64,000 nt of DNA from Podarcis liolepis (GCA_965112155.1 OZ218107.1); one strand, 5' to 3'; numbered from the stretch's first letter, positions 23,385 to 37,459 are shown. Numbers and translations: made by a program. Notes: a model not told the origin generated them from the sequence alone.

Positions 23385-26300
23385 CTGCAGTTCCCACATG
23401 GGTTGGGAGAACTGAGTACAGAACCACTGTAAATCTAGAAATGTCACTACATTAAAGATGGCACTCTCAGCGCTCCTGGGGTAACAAGAGAAAAAGGTTG
23501 CAATTGTCCACAGTAGAGGAACAGTAGTTAAAAATCAAAACATTGTCAACACACCGGACACGTCCATCATCCCTAGCTACCAGAACCAATGTTCAGAGAT
23601 GATGGGAGTTGTAGTTCAAAAATAGTTTGAGACCCAAGTTGGGGAAAGTTTGTTCTAGAGGGAGCTGTTAGCTATTTGCAGCTGTCAGAAGTAACCCAAA
23701 GGCCCAAACCAACAGTCCACCCTGACAGAATAGATTTGCTTTCCCATGCCAGCCCCTTTCCTGAATTTGCAGAGATAAAACAACAGGACCTTTCTTGTGT
23801 TCCTTGTCTCTCATCCAACGTTGGGGAAGGAACTCTTGCAACCCTGCAAGGAAGCTATTGAAGCTCTGTATATAAACGCCAAATTTATTCAAAGAGGTTT
23901 GGGCTCTGCGTTAGCGAGGCTATAGTCTTGGGTGCTGTTGTTTTATAGGCTGTGTATATTGGTTAAAACTCTTAATTGAATTCCGTGGAATTCTAGATGG
24001 AATTCTATTTTTGCTTTAGTGTAATTTGATGCTTGTGTTCACTGCTTGAGGGGGGCGGTCCTGGTTCGGGTTAATAAGCAGGGTAGAGATTTGTTACGTA
24101 AATAAACAAAAGTCAAGAATCGCCCTTCCACACATCTCCTGAAAGGGCAGGGAAGGCTCTATCCTTAACTGTGCTCACTCATCCATTCTAAGAGATCGTG
24201 AGAAAATTATCGTTGAAGACCTTGCTGTCCTTTTTATAAGACTGCTGTAATCCTCCTCTTAACTTTTATATTTCGCTTTCTAAATTAGGCTAAGCTACGT
24301 TTTCAAGCACAGCATACTGGTGAAAACCTCTGAACTGAAAGCCTAGTCACACCTTAGTGATGCGGCGCTATGATAATATCACTTGAACAGCCAGCGCCTG
24401 TTGATTCCCGGGTCATTTATTTGGGCAAGAAATTGAACTATGCACTTGGCTAATTTTTAAAATTCATCTAATATAAATTCCACAGTATATATGACCTTCA
24501 GTTTTACACACTTATCCATTGTCTCCACGAGGTGGCACTCTTTCATTACGTTACACTCGAAGGCCCCTGGGTTTCTTATTGCATTCCTTGCTGCTGCTCA
24601 TAATCATGAGAATTGACAGCAAGTGTAAAACGCCTATTGATTTAAAAACCGTTATGCAAAATGCATACATAAAAATAGCGGATCGAAATTCAACCTCTTC
24701 AGCACAATCCTATATGTTTAGTTTGGAGCAAGTTCCAATGTGTTCAATGGACCTATTCACAAGTAAGTGTACATATAATCTGGTGCACACTTAGCTGGGA
24801 ATAAACTGTACTGACTATAATGGGATTTACTTCAAATAAATATGATTGGGTTGCACTGTTAGCAAAGAAGTCATTTTTCTTAACCTTATAAAAATGCTCC
24901 ATGTATCTCATTCTTATGTCACAGTAAACCATGGTTTACCATGCACGTGCAGATAACTCTTGTTTTGCTCCTCCCTGAGTGCAGGTGGGAGCCACAAACC
25001 ACCATCCCTCACTTAGCATTTCATGCAAACTGGGGGTCATGGGTTAATTTACTTCAACGAAACCAAGGCCCGAAGCCACGGTTTGTTCTTGGCTTAACAA
25101 CCATGGTTTGCCTGAGTGAAACAAACAATGAACTCCGCTTCAGACATAAGACTAAGCTAGGGATCACACTGGGGAGCAGCAAAGCAGGATCAATCTTCAC
25201 ATTTACAGTAAAGCATTAACTATGCTTTACCATAACTTGTGAACTGGGCCGTTTTCATTTACAGCTTGATTCGGTGCCTGCTTAGATGGAAGTGTGTCCC
25301 ACTAAATTCAATGAGGCTTACTTCCTAATAAAACCCTACACTTTAGGGTTGCCATCCAAGAAAAGACTCTGCATTCAGAAAATCTTGGAAAAGGACTAGA
25401 TATTGTGCATCCACGTTGTTATTTCAATGTGAGAAATTCTTCCCATATTGCGTGGCATTTGTCTGCATCCTTATTTATAATAGATTGTTTTTGATATGGA
25501 ACAAACGTAGCCATATGAGCATCGTCATTATGAAACCCAAAATTAAGATTTTCCTGTCCCTGTAGCGATGTTTGGCATGCTTGACATTGTTGCAAGCCAG
25601 GGCCTAAAGGCCTGATCTGGATCCCATCTGGAGACTGAATTAATTTTCCAGGCACTCAAAGTATGTCCAGGATATTAATACAGTGACTTTGGGTTATTTC
25701 TGGAGCAAACTGGGGAGGGGGGTGTGGGGAGAGAAAGAACTAATCCCTAATTATCTCTGAATAGGTTTCACAGCCACCAAGCAGCACTGTGCATTGCCTC
25801 TATGCATACACAGCCTAACCTAAACTGTAGAGCCTTCAGAATGCTGACATAGCTAAATGTTTACTGAACATAAATAATTAGGGTTTCAGAGTGTTAGTTT
25901 TTTCAGAATAATGGAACTTTCAGACTAATGGAACTTTCCATAACATGGCTGGTTGTTCATACATCATGATTCTGAGGCACCCCAAATGCATGAAACAGAG
26001 GACTATCTGTAACCAATTAGAGACACACACAGAAACCGCTGCCTTATAAAATGCAATGCATCATTGCACTAATCCAGTGACTTGTGTGTGTTGTTATGAA
26101 TATGAATTGGATGCATGATAATTTCATCGAATCCAATTCCGCATTCGTTGTTTATTAGTATTTCACATTTTATTTCATCCTTCCTCCATGAATCCCCCAC
26201 CACGCTAACTCTCACAACGACCCTGTGGGGCAGGTTAGACTGAGAGACAGTCAGTTTTGAACTCAGGTCTTCTTGCTCCAAGTCCAAACTACTTTAGCCA

Positions 26301-26654
26301 CTACCCAACATTGACCAGAACACATAGAAAGAATAGATACTCAAGGTTGGCATGTTCCATTGAAATGAATGGGGAGGCAGTGTTGGATAGGGGAGCACCT
26401 GTGTGTAGGGGAGCCCCAATGCATGGAACAAGATCAAGACATTTAATTTCAACTCACTCTTTACAGAATTAATCTTGGCCACCAATTTCTATTGCATTTA
26501 GTGCCTTTTCCCATTTTGCTATGAAAATGTGAATTACTTCTCCCAGGAAGACCATCACGACAAGAGGGAAATTACCCTGGCCCCATCCAGCAGCCGGAGG
26601 AACTGCAGGGAGCTATCTTCCCACCTCATTGGGAAGTTATAAAGTCCTTGTAAA

Positions 26655-26767
26655 CATGGGCACAGCCAAGGTGGGGCAGGGTGGGGCAGTTGACCCCCTC
26701 AAAATCAATAAAAATCCATAGCTAACTGAGGTTCTGCCCCCTAACAAAAATCCTGGCTAGGCCCATG
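26655..26767. mobile_element. Small hAT-type MITE (113 bp)
   Basis: Perfect 8-bp TSD cttgtaaa; TIR catgggc...agcca / tggct...gcccatg. Confidence 0.85.
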
Positions 26768-27321
26768 CTTGTAAATGCCTGAGTTGGCTAAGAACTAGTG
26801 TCTGACCCCCTGTCTTCCCTCCTAATCCCTTTTCCTTTTGTGTCATGTTTTTTAGATGGTTAATCTGAGCATAGAGCCCATTTTATTGCTAATAACTGTA
26901 AGCAGATCTGGGAGCCTTTTTGGCTGAACAGTGGAGTGAAAAACCCTACACATTAAATTAAAAAAGTAAAAAAAATATAGTTCTAGCATTTGACATGTTT
27001 CACTAGATGTATGGTTAACCTATGAAATGTGTTTTGTAAGGTATAGTAAAGAGCAGGAACATCATGGGCCTTTCACACCTAGCACACACCAGTGAATTTG
27101 CTCTGGGTCCAGCAGGAGCCCTGTCTAACTGTGAAAATTTCCACCTTTAAGACAATATTAAGAGCTACAATTCTTAAAGAGTTCCCTGTGCAGAGTGACT
27201 GCTTGTTAAACAACTCTGGAAATTGTAGCTCTGGGGCTGCCTAAGAGCTCTCGGGATGCTCAAAGAACTACAGCTCCCAGAATTCTATGGGAGAAGCCAT
27301 GACTGTTGAAAGCACTTTAAA

Positions 27322-27667
27322 AGTAAAGGTAAAGGGACCCCTGACCATTAGGTCCAGTCGTGACCGACTCTGGGGTTGTGGTGCTCATCTCGCTTTATTG
27401 GCAAAGGAAGCCAGCGTACAGTCATGTGGCCAGCATGACTAAGCCGCTTCAGGTGAACCAGGGCAGCACACGGAAATGCCGTTTACCTTCCCGCTGGAGC
27501 GGTACCTATTTATCTACTTGCACTTTGAAGTGCTTTCAAACTGCTAGGTTGGCAGGAGCAGGGACCGAGCAACGGGAGCTCACCCCGTCGCGGGGATTCA
27601 AACCGCCAACATTCCGATCGGCAAGCCCTAGGCTCTGTGGTTTAACCCACAGCGCCACCCATGTCCC
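27322..27667 (-). mobile_element. Sauria SINE
   Basis: Reverse copy with aaaggt tail; 13-bp TSD aaagcactttaaa (27309-27321 / 27669-27681). Confidence 0.92.
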
Positions 27668-27851
27668 AAAAGCACTTTAAATGGCCATTTAAATTGATTC
27701 CAGTGAGTGATGTTAATGTAGCCATGGTCTGACGGACCAGAGTTCTAAACCTCTCACTTCCTCCCTCTTGCACATGCCTGCACATTCAGGCGTCCCCATG
27801 TGTGAGGACAATGTACCCATGCTCCAGCAAACAGGCCCTACACCTCCTCAC

Positions 27852-28133
27852 CTGGTGGGTGCATGTTTCTGCTCCTCCTCCTCGTCCGTGTCACTGCTGA
27901 TCGTGATAACGCTGACGGCGGGGCTGGGTGTGTCGGGGATGACAATCGTCTGCCGTTGCCGCTCCCGTGTGGTACTGGAAGCCCCATCACCCCACCCACA
28001 GGTGACAGAGGTGCTGCAGGCAGGGCTGTTGTGAACCATGGCGCAGCGAGGGGGGGTGTTCTCCTTTACTCGCTTAGACCGCTGTGGGGAGCTGATCGTC
28101 TGAGACGAGGACACCTCGAAGTTGGATATATTT
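27852..28133 (-). CDS. HIPK2: HIPK2 exon 12, 282 nt, basic NLS (RSKRVK), speckle-retention region and SUMO-interacting motif ([15 protein letters not shown])
   Basis: ORF 27848-28186; acceptor ctcttcag, donor GTGAGG; phase 2-2. Confidence 0.97.
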
Positions 28134-28299
28134 CTGAAGAGAGACAAAGAGACATTTGCATGCATACAGTTCCACCGCTGCAACATCTTTTCTCCACTTC
28201 TAGGTTATGTACATTTCCTCACAGCACAGTTCCGTGCATAAGAAACACAGAAATCTCTATATACAGGGTTAGGCCACTGGCCCACCCAGCTCATGTTGC

Positions 28300-29446
28300 A
28301 TCTGCAGGCGAGGCAGTGGATGTGCTGGACTGTCATCTTGCCTGGGTAATGGACTGGATGAGAGCCAGCAAACGGAAACTCAGTCCAGATAAGACATAGG
28401 CACTGTTTGTGGGTGGTTCCCTAGATCGGAAGGATGGCAGATCGCCTGCTCTTGATGGCATTACACTCTCTCTGAAGGAGTGGGCATGTAGTTTTAGGGT
28501 TCTTCTGGATCCTTTGCTGTCACCTGAGGCTCAGGTGGCCTCAGTGGCATGGAGTGCTTTTCATCCACTTCAGCTGGTGGCCCAGCTGTGCCTCTATCTG
28601 GACAGGGATAACTTAACTCTGTTCTGGTAACCTCTAGGTTAGATTACTGCAATGCATTATATACATAGGGCTGCCTCTGAAGTTCGGAAGCTTCAGGTGG
28701 TGTAGAATTCAGCAGCCTGGTTGCTCACCAGGGCATGAGAGTTTGAGCATATTACGCCAAAAGTGGTGGTTTTGACCTAAAAATCCTAAAAGGGCTAAGG
28801 ACTGCAATACCTCAAGGACCTCCTCTCTCCCTATGAACCTACAGGGACCCCAAGGTCATCCTCTGAGGCCCTTCTTCACGTGCCTCCTCCATGAGAGGTC
28901 TGGAGAATGGCAACAGGAGAACAGGCCTCTTCTGCAGTGACTCCCCGCTTGTGGGATGTCCTCCCCAGGAAGTTTCGGCTGGCGCATTCCTTATACTTCT
29001 TTAGGCGCCAGGGGAAACATTTCTCTTAAACCAAGCATTTGGCTGATTAACATTCTACGGCTTTTTAAATGTGTTTGTGGGAGGGAAGTTACAGTGGTAC
29101 CTCGGGTTACATACGCTTCAGGTTACAGACTCCGCTAACCCAGAAATAGTACCTCAGGTTAAGAACTTTGCTTCAGGATGAGAACAGAAATTGCGCGGCA
29201 GCGGCACAGCAGCAGCGGGAGGCCCCATTAGCTAAAGTGGTGCTTCAGGCTAAGAACAGTTTCAGGTTAAGAATGGACCTCTGGAACGAATTAAGTACGT
29301 AACCAGAGGTACCACTGTATTGTTTTGTGTTTGTTTTATTATTTATTTTGTGTTCTCTTCTTGTATTTCTATGTTGCAAACCACCCTGTGATCTCCGGAT
29401 GAAGGGGGGTATATAAATTTAATAAATGATGATGATGATGATGATA
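28300..29446 (+). mobile_element. L2 LINE 3' portion, interrupted by a MITE, ending in (GAT)n
   Basis: Residual LAWVMDWMRASKRKLSPDKT and LDYCNALY; L2-type 3' end accaccctgtgatctccggatgaagggggg. Confidence 0.85.
29092..29317. mobile_element. Tc1/pogo-type MITE, family B, nested in L2
   Basis: TA|cagtggtacctc ... gaggtaccactg|TA; internal cttcaggtta repeats. Confidence 0.9.
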
Positions 29447-31554
29447 CTGGCAATTGCTCACAGTTGCATAGGGCAGAGATCCCAGGCATTACTGTTATTA
29501 TTGTTGTTACTGGTCCCTCTAACAGCAAAACATTACAAGTGTTCAAAGCAAGTCAAGTTTTGGTTCTAGAGGAAACACTCTGCAGCCAGGCTTTGTTTGA
29601 ATTTTCAGTTCGGTCTGAGAGTGAACAAAGGGAGTAGCTGGAATGTATCAAAGGGAGGGAATTATGGACATATCACACTGCACTGAGTCCTTTGCATAAC
29701 AAATGACTGCACAGTAGCATTCATGGTGCTTGTTGAATACCAATGAGAAATATAGAGCATTCTTCTCTCAAAAGAAGCATATCACTCATTGGGTTACAAT
29801 AATGCAAAGTGGAGGCCGCGGGAATCGCTCAGTCTGCAGGGGCCTGGTCTCCTCTCCCACTTCCCTGTGTAAACACTACAGATATGTAGGAAGGGGGGGT
29901 GTTTTGGTAGCCTGAAATGTGCTAGGAGAGCATGTTCCCCTTTTCATTAACTAACCAGGCCTTTGCAGCCTCTGCTCTCCATTTCACGTGGGCACAGAAG
30001 GCTGGAATGCACCCAAAGTAAACGAAACAAGGGCAGCAGAGAAAGGAGAAGGATTTAAAGCAGCCGATTTGTACGGAGACAGGGACTGGCTGTAAATTCA
30101 TTACAGGTCCTCTGGCCTTGGCCAGGGCAGAGCAGAAACGCACACTTCTGTGTTCTGCAAAGTGCAGATCCATTTCAACTCCTCTCTTTCCCATGCTATT
30201 AAGAGGGATTTTAGTGTTCATTAAAAGCAATGTTTTGACAGATACGTCGATTAAATTCCACCCACAAAAGAGGCACAGTGTAGTCATGCAAATGGCTCAA
30301 ACATCTGCCATGACAATGTGCCTCAACACCCACTTGGGAGGAGTTTGATTCAGTCTTGGGAGTGGTTTTAATACGTGCCCAGACATTTCGCCCATGCAGT
30401 TATATCTGCTGTGTCACAGGGCAGAACCTGGCTTGTGTTTTGCAGTGCAGAGAGCCAAACTAAGGGAACTGGCCAACTCTCTCATAATTTCTCCTTTTAC
30501 AGATTTTGCATTTGTGGGAAATAACAACAGCCACCCTTCCAGTCTAAGGTATTATCCTTGCACCCAGCAGTCACCTGTTGCAAGCACAACTTAATGCATT
30601 AATTTAATGTTAAGTGTTTATAATCCACATTCCAACAAGGAGTTCCCAAAGCAATAAAATCATAAGCACTGTAAACAAGTATGTTAAAAGCACACAATCT
30701 ATATAACAATCCAATAAATGCAACAGCAGAAATAAGATACAGGCTGCATTTGCACATAGCATAGACTATTAATAGTGGAAAACAATCACATCTCTGATGG
30801 TAACGAAACCTGAAGCAAGGTTCATTACTGGACCTCAGGGAATGGGCAGACATATTTATTGATTGATTAAATATCCATTCCTACCCTTCCTCCCAAAGAA
30901 GCTATAGAAGCTATAGAACAGGGATGAGGAACCTGTGACTCTTCAACTGTCGTTGGACAGCAACTCCCACCTTTTCCCTGGTCATTGGCCACTCTTGCTA
31001 GGAATGATGGGAATTACAGTTACGCAACATCTGGAGGGCCAAAGGGTCCTCACACCTGGACTACAACCTCTATCATCCTTGGCCACTGGCTGTGCTGGCT
31101 GGGGATACTAGAGGTTCACCATTCCTGTTATAGACTGGGACCGAGGAAAAACTGAGACATTTCTCACTCATTCAGTCAAAAAACATAGGCCAAACATATA
31201 AAGACAGAGACAGAGTATTCACTGGCAATCGTGATATTTCATCTATAGTAGAAGGGGGCATAATTTTGAAATTGAGGCAAGCCAGTCTTGATGCAGTGAG
31301 ACTGCAGTGTTTTCATATACTCACATTTTATTTTATCTTTTTTTTAAATTAGAGGAGAGGGGAAGTGCACAGCAAAATGGTGTCATGCCACAAAGCAATC
31401 ACAATAGGAATGGATGTGTTAACTGGGTGAACGATCTCATTTCCCCACATATAAGACTGAAGGTATCCAGGGGGTATTTCATAGTGTGGGTAATGGCTTC
31501 TGTTTGTTGGAATGTCACTAAAATCCCATCTTCTCAGAAGCCTATTCATAGTAG

Positions 31555-31909
31555 GAAGGTAAGGTAAAAGTAAAGGACCCCTGGATGGTTAAGGCCAGTC
31601 AAAGACGACTACGGGGTGCAGCGCTCATCTCGCTTTCAGGCCGAGGGAGCCGGCATTTGTCCACAGACAGCTTTCTGGGTCACGTGGCCAGCATGACTAA
31701 ACCGCTTCTGGCACAAAGGGCCATTTACCTTACTGCCGTAGCAGAACCTATTTATCTACTTGCACTGGCGTGCTTTCAAACTGCTAGGTTGACAGAAGCT
31801 GGGACAGAGCAACAGGAGCTCATCCCATAGTGCGGATTCGAACTGCCAACCTTCCGACCAGCAAGCCCAAGAGGCTCAGTGGTTTAGACCACAGAGCCAC
31901 CTGTGCCCC
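31555..31909 (-). mobile_element. Sauria SINE (more divergent subfamily)
   Basis: Same core tatttatctacttgcac; TSD tagtag. Confidence 0.88.
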
Positions 31910-32993
31910 TAGTAGCTTTATACCCCCAGTTTAAACAAGGAGAGAAAGGAAAAGAAATAATTAGAGATCATTTGCAGAATACCCTTGAAATTGCAAGATA
32001 CTGGTAACTTCCAAGTGTCATTAATCTGCGGTAGTTTGTATAATCCAGTGACTTGTCTGCTTCTTATGAATGATATGATCATCTCAAACATAAGGCATAA
32101 GGCATCCTCTGCCATCACACTGTCTATATTTAACTTGATCTGCTCTCTGTGTGTCTATGTCTGTGCATATGTGTATACACACGCGCGCGCACACTCATTC
32201 GCTGAAGCAGAAATAACAGGCCTTTAAAAGTGGTTCAATATTCTCCTATTTTGCCAAGACATCACTTTAATGGGTTTAAACAGGTCCAATTGCATAGGCT
32301 TCTGTTGGAGTGGCTTTCAAACTTCCTCATGGGAAATAGAGCAGAACCTTCTTCAGTGCATGTGGAGTATGCTAATACTTAATACTCAAGTCCCATCAGA
32401 GAAATCCTGAGCCAGAGGGAAGGAACTGCTGATGCACCATTTGTACTCTTGTCAGTCCGCTCTCCCTCTGCGGCCATTCCTAAAAAGGTGGCACATCAGA
32501 AACTGGAACTGAAGCAAGTGGGATCTGAAACAAAATACCTAGGGGCAGGCTGCTCCTCTTCAGTGTTCTTCCCAGACACCACACCATCTTCCTTTGCACT
32601 CCATTCTCTTCTGCCTTGCCCCCATGTCCCTCTCCCCAACAACAGAGTCTAAGCATTCTGGGGCTACTGACCATGCCTAGTCCATTGGGCTGCTTGGGTT
32701 TTGTTTTTTACACCCTGTTCACCCCCCCCCCAATATTTTTCCTACATCTGCAAACCTTGAGGTCCTACTGAGCAAGCTGGTTTTTAAAATTAGAAATAAA
32801 TAAATTATTTTTTGCAAATCCACGAATTTACTTTGCAGCCTTTGACAATTCCCTCTCAGACCTATTGCTTCGTCCATAAATAAGAATTACAGCAGCCTAA
32901 AGGGTCGTTCCAGGGCAGCGCCACCTCTTAATTTTATTTGTATACTGCCCTCCATCCATAGATTCCAGGTGCACAACACAAAAATGCAAGGTG

Positions 32994-32995
<2 letters not shown>

Positions 32996-33028
<33 letters not shown>
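32996..33028. repeat. (CA)n microsatellite
   Basis: Seen directly. Confidence 0.95.
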
Positions 33029-33030
<2 letters not shown>

Positions 33031-33205
33031 GAAAACAAGAGCAAATTAATAACGCCCACTCAACCCCGTTCCCACATCACATTAATTTCCATGTTTTGGT
33101 AAAGGCAGCCTGGTGTGCAGCAGGGTGGTATGTGGGGTGCCTTTACTGAGGTAAGAGGAAGCAGATGGATTTAGGAGGGTCAGAAGCCCCATTCCTGATC
33201 TAGTC

Positions 33206-33344
33206 CAGGGAAAGGGAATCTGTGTCCCTCCAGATGTTGCCGGACTACAACCTCAACCAATCCTGACCATTGATCATCCTGGCTGGAACTGATGGGAGTT
33301 AGGAGTCGCAGCAACATCTGGAGGACCCCAGGTCTCCCACCCTG
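33206..33344. mobile_element. hAT-type hairpin MITE
   Basis: 8-bp TSD atctagtc/acctagtc; self-complementary body. Confidence 0.8.
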
Positions 33345-33434
33345 ACCTAGTCTCTCACCTTAACCACAAGGCAGTGCGGCGAACAGAAAATCTCCCTCCT
33401 TTATATCACCCCCCCCCTCTTTTCCGGTGCCTAC

Positions 33435-33614
33435 CTTGCTGATGACTGGTGTTGTTTATTCTTCCGAGAGGAGGTGGTGCTGGTGGGCTGTTGCCTCATG
33501 ACGTGAGCGACACCCACGTTTAAGGGCTGGGCTGCTGGAAGGGTGACGTGACTTGCTAAAAGTGCCGGCTGTTGCATGATGGGATTGTAGTGGCTTCCGT
33601 GAGCGTGTGTGCTC
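33435..33614 (-). CDS. HIPK2: HIPK2 exon 11, 180 nt: [59 protein letters not shown](R)
   Basis: Manual translation; acceptor ttctcgcag, donor GTAGGC. Confidence 0.96.
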
Positions 33615-33749
33615 CTGCGAGAAAAACGGAGAGAAAGGCGTTTTGTACATTTCGAGAAGAATGCTCAGGAATGAATGGCAAACACAACAGCATCCCAGAA
33701 AGCTCAATGTAGGGTATTTCAGCGCTGGCATCAGGCTTTTTTAGAAATA

Positions 33750-33987
33750 CAGTCGTACCTTGGAAGTCGAACGGAATCCGTTCTGGAAGTCCATTTGACT
33801 TCCAAAAAGTTAGGAATTGGTGATTGGCTGCAGGAAGCTCTTGTAGCCAATCAGAAGATGCGGAAGCCCCGTCAGACATTCGGCTTCCAAAAATAGTTTG
33901 CAAACCGGGAGAGTCACTTCCGGGTTTGCGGCGTTCATGAGCCAAAACGCTCGACTTGCAAGGTGTTCAGGATCCAAGGTACAACTG
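33750..33987. mobile_element. Tc1/pogo-type MITE, family A
   Basis: TA|cagtcgtaccttgga ... tccaaggtacaactg|TA. Confidence 0.88.
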
Positions 33988-36442
33988 TACTGACTTGACC
34001 AATGGCTCACATGAGGTTTAGCCACAGGCTAGTATTCTTTTCAGTAAGACGCACTGCTCAGTGCTGCAGGTAGGTAAGTTTAGATTCTAATCAGCCTTAT
34101 GGGGAGCGAATTACGGGCTCTTTAGGCAGCAACATGCTTTCTTTCACTTACTGCAACATGTGGCATGGCAGCCCTGCTGCATATGGGGCCCATCCTGCTC
34201 ATTCTGCTGCGTGGGTCCCTGGACATCTCCCCCAAAGTTCTGCCCCGATGGCTCAACTGACACAGCCTCTTGCACTGCCATAGTTCCTTTGATGCGCACT
34301 CGCATTACAAGGGCAAGGACTATTTCTGACAATGGATAGAGCAGAGGGAAGACAGCAACGTGGGAGGGATACCAGGGGAGGGGCGGAACTCCACCAGAAT
34401 TCCATCTGCCTGCTGCAAGTTGCAAGCTTCCATTATTCGCCTCGGCACAAAGGCTTCAAAGAGGGCAATAAATAAGTATCAACTTCCCTCCGCGATTCCA
34501 TGGAAGCAGTTAGCGACCCAAGAACAAAACTGCAGAGAGCTTCTGCGGCGTGTGCCGACGTACAGAGGAGAGTCGTCCCTATACAGCTTTTAAGAAGCAT
34601 TTAATGGGGGAAGCAAGCAAGAGGAAGCTCAAAGATCATAAAAGGGCTGCTGCCGGTTGCTCTTTCTGAGAAGTCATTTTGCTACAAGCACAGAGGCTCA
34701 GGAAGCACTCCTGGAGAAACGGTGGCTTTTATTAATGCCTTATTCTTAGCCTCTTGCAAAGATCAGTTGGGTGCCGGGTAGAAGAGGCAGTGCCAGGAAT
34801 CTGAATGTTTTGTCTGCAAAACTATATTAAACGGTTTGTTTAATATAGTAACGCATCCCACAATGTGTGACTTGTGAGAAATAACCTTTTCATTTCATTT
34901 CTTCTTCTTTTTTTAAGAGTTTATGTGCATGTTGACCCTAGCCCATGAGAGCTGATCATTTGAATCTATTCCCATATTCAAGACTTGGCTTACAGCATGT
35001 TAAGGTAGCAGCAGGTTGAAGGTTGTTATGCGCAAGCTTTCTAAGTAAGCACCACGTACATTAGGTTGCTTACCTTTAGTGCTGCTGAAGCACTGCTTTT
35101 CTGCAGTTAGCTGAAAGCGTAATTAAAATGGAAGTTCTGCTCAAGCTCTTAATATAGTACTATATTATCCAGTAGCTTCCTTGCCCATTACTAATATTCG
35201 CCTATTATGACTATTCACAAGTTAAGTTCCACTCAGAAAAGACCCCCAGCAACATTAATTAAAAGCTTCCTCTTTGCAGGTCCTGCCTAACTTATGGCTA
35301 CTTGCTGACTGCAGCTGGAGGATTTGTGATGAAGAACGTCTTGAATAGCCTATCTTAACTGCCCCAGTGTCAGTTTCTGTACCCACATGAAGGATTACCA
35401 ATTTCTTCTAATTGCTTTTTCTTAAACAATAAAATACACTCATTCTCTTCACATTCCACCACGCCAATACTGTACTCTCCAATGAATTATGCCCAACATC
35501 TCAGCATTATTCCCAAAATATGGCAACACGCTGGACATATGACTCTAGTTGTGGCATAGTCAATGTTGAGCAGAGGTGGGCAAGCAAAGTACTAGTAAAG
35601 CTTTTAAGGGCTCGTGTGCCTTTAATTAAACATTTTCTGTTTGCAGGTCTTGCCCAGGCAGGTTGGCGCCACACCTGTGTTATTGTTGCAAAAATATCTG
35701 CCAAAACTTTGGCCTGAAGAGATACAAGACACTCCTGAAAACATTGCAATAAAACAAAACCGACAAGTTTGTCACTCGGTCGCTACATAAAAAGAGAGCA
35801 AACAAATTTCGGGGGAAAGGGCTAGTGTAGAATTAACTTTCATTCGGTTCCCTGGGACAAAAAGTAGGGAAGTAATCAGAAGAGTTCAAGGTAGTCATTC
35901 TTTTTTGACCAGGGATGACTTTTTCACACAAGGTTATAGTCTTTGGCCTAGAAGACCCTGGAGTGAATCTTGCAATTTTCAAAGCAGTTTTCTTTATGGG
36001 AAACAGCTTCTGCTGTTTGTATTAAAAATGTTATACATACACAGTAGCAAAAGGTGGGGTGGTGGCACTTAGCCGACCTTCCTGCAGTGGAGTCACTGTT
36101 GGTTATGAGGAGGGAGAGTGGTAGGGAAAAGTGGCAGGGAGGTTGACACTGTGCAAACACGCCAGCAAGAACAACATACTAGCTCCTGCTGGTGTGTTTG
36201 CACAGTGCCAACGTCCTCACTGCATCCCTCTCCCTCTCTGTAAGCAGCAGCGACTCCACTGTCAGGAGGTTGGATAAACATCACCACATCCTGCCATTCA
36301 CTACCATGCATACGAAACAAGCACCCGCGAGTTATGTGCTTAGTTCATGCAGCCATTAGGCAATAAAGATGGGATCACAGATACTGAGGCTCTCACGAAG
36401 TTGGTACCTTACAGACAGATACAAGTTTTCCTTCCTGTTTAC

Positions 36443-36585
36443 CTCCAGTCTGCCAGGGGCTGGGTCCCTGCCATGGTCTCCGGAATTACAGCTGCATGCT
36501 GGACTGAGGTGTGGGCGGCTACCCCAGTCAGCTGTTGCCAAGCTGGGGGGAGCAGGATCTGCTGTGTACCGCTAGGCCAGGCTTG
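36443..36585 (-). CDS. HIPK2: HIPK2 exon 10, 143 nt: [47 protein letters not shown](R)
   Basis: Manual translation; acceptor ttctacag, donor GTAAAC. Confidence 0.96.
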
Positions 36586-36894
36586 CTGTAGAACAGAACA
36601 ATCACAAAATTCAGTGCCAACCCGTACTTTTTAAAGAAGCATGTTACAAACCATACCGCACAGAACAGATTCAATATAAGTCGGCAGGGGAAAAAATCCC
36701 ATGCAACTAATTCAAAGGCAACAAGCGTAGCTCAGCCAGTTTTGGACAAGGCAAAGAGCAGCATGCTATAAAGTCGAGAGGACGTCAACCCAACTTTAAA
36801 CCAAGGTCTTTTCAAAGAAGCTGTGAAGACAAAATTGCTGGTATTAAAAGCTTAAGTGCAAATGCACGTTTCTTATCTGTTGCAGTGGAAGCAG

Positions 36895-37255
36895 CATAAT
36901 CCTAGGCAACAGGACTTACTCTCTTGTAGGGGCTGCAATGCTAAGCAGACTTACTTTGGAGTAAGTAAGCTCTATTGAACTCAGTTAGCTTCTGAGTAAA
37001 TATGCACAGAATCGGGCTGCAAGGGTGTTTAGGGCTGCACTCCGACCTCAAAAGTCTGTGTTCAATGGGGCTTACGTTTGGGAAAGTATATACGGCACTG
37101 GATTTCACATGCACACCTACTAGGGAATATGCTTCACTGAACCCAGTAGGACTTACTCCCAGGTAAGTGTGCACAAAACTGCAGCTATTCACCCTAGCAG
37201 GCTTGCACAGGCAGCCATACACTTTTACTCAGAAGTCCAAATGAGTTCAAAGGGA
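36895..37255. repeat. Cluster of degenerate ~80-bp palindromic mini-elements (ttactcagaagtaagtcc...ggacttactc family)
   Basis: Four to five adjacent units; single copies near 6225, 9055, 12053, 12470, 24700, 38635 and 57030. Confidence 0.55.
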
Positions 37256-37459
37256 GCTAGATCAGGCCAATGGCCCATTTAGCCCAACACCCTGTTCACA
37301 CAGTGGCACCAAGATGCCCGTGAGAAGCCCTCAAGCACAATGGCACCTTCCCCTCCTGTGGTTTCCAGCAACTGGTATTCAGAAGTGTTTCTGCCTCTGA
37401 CAGTGGATCACTCCTGAGTGGATCACTTCATAGGATCAGACTCCTCCCCCCCCAACATC

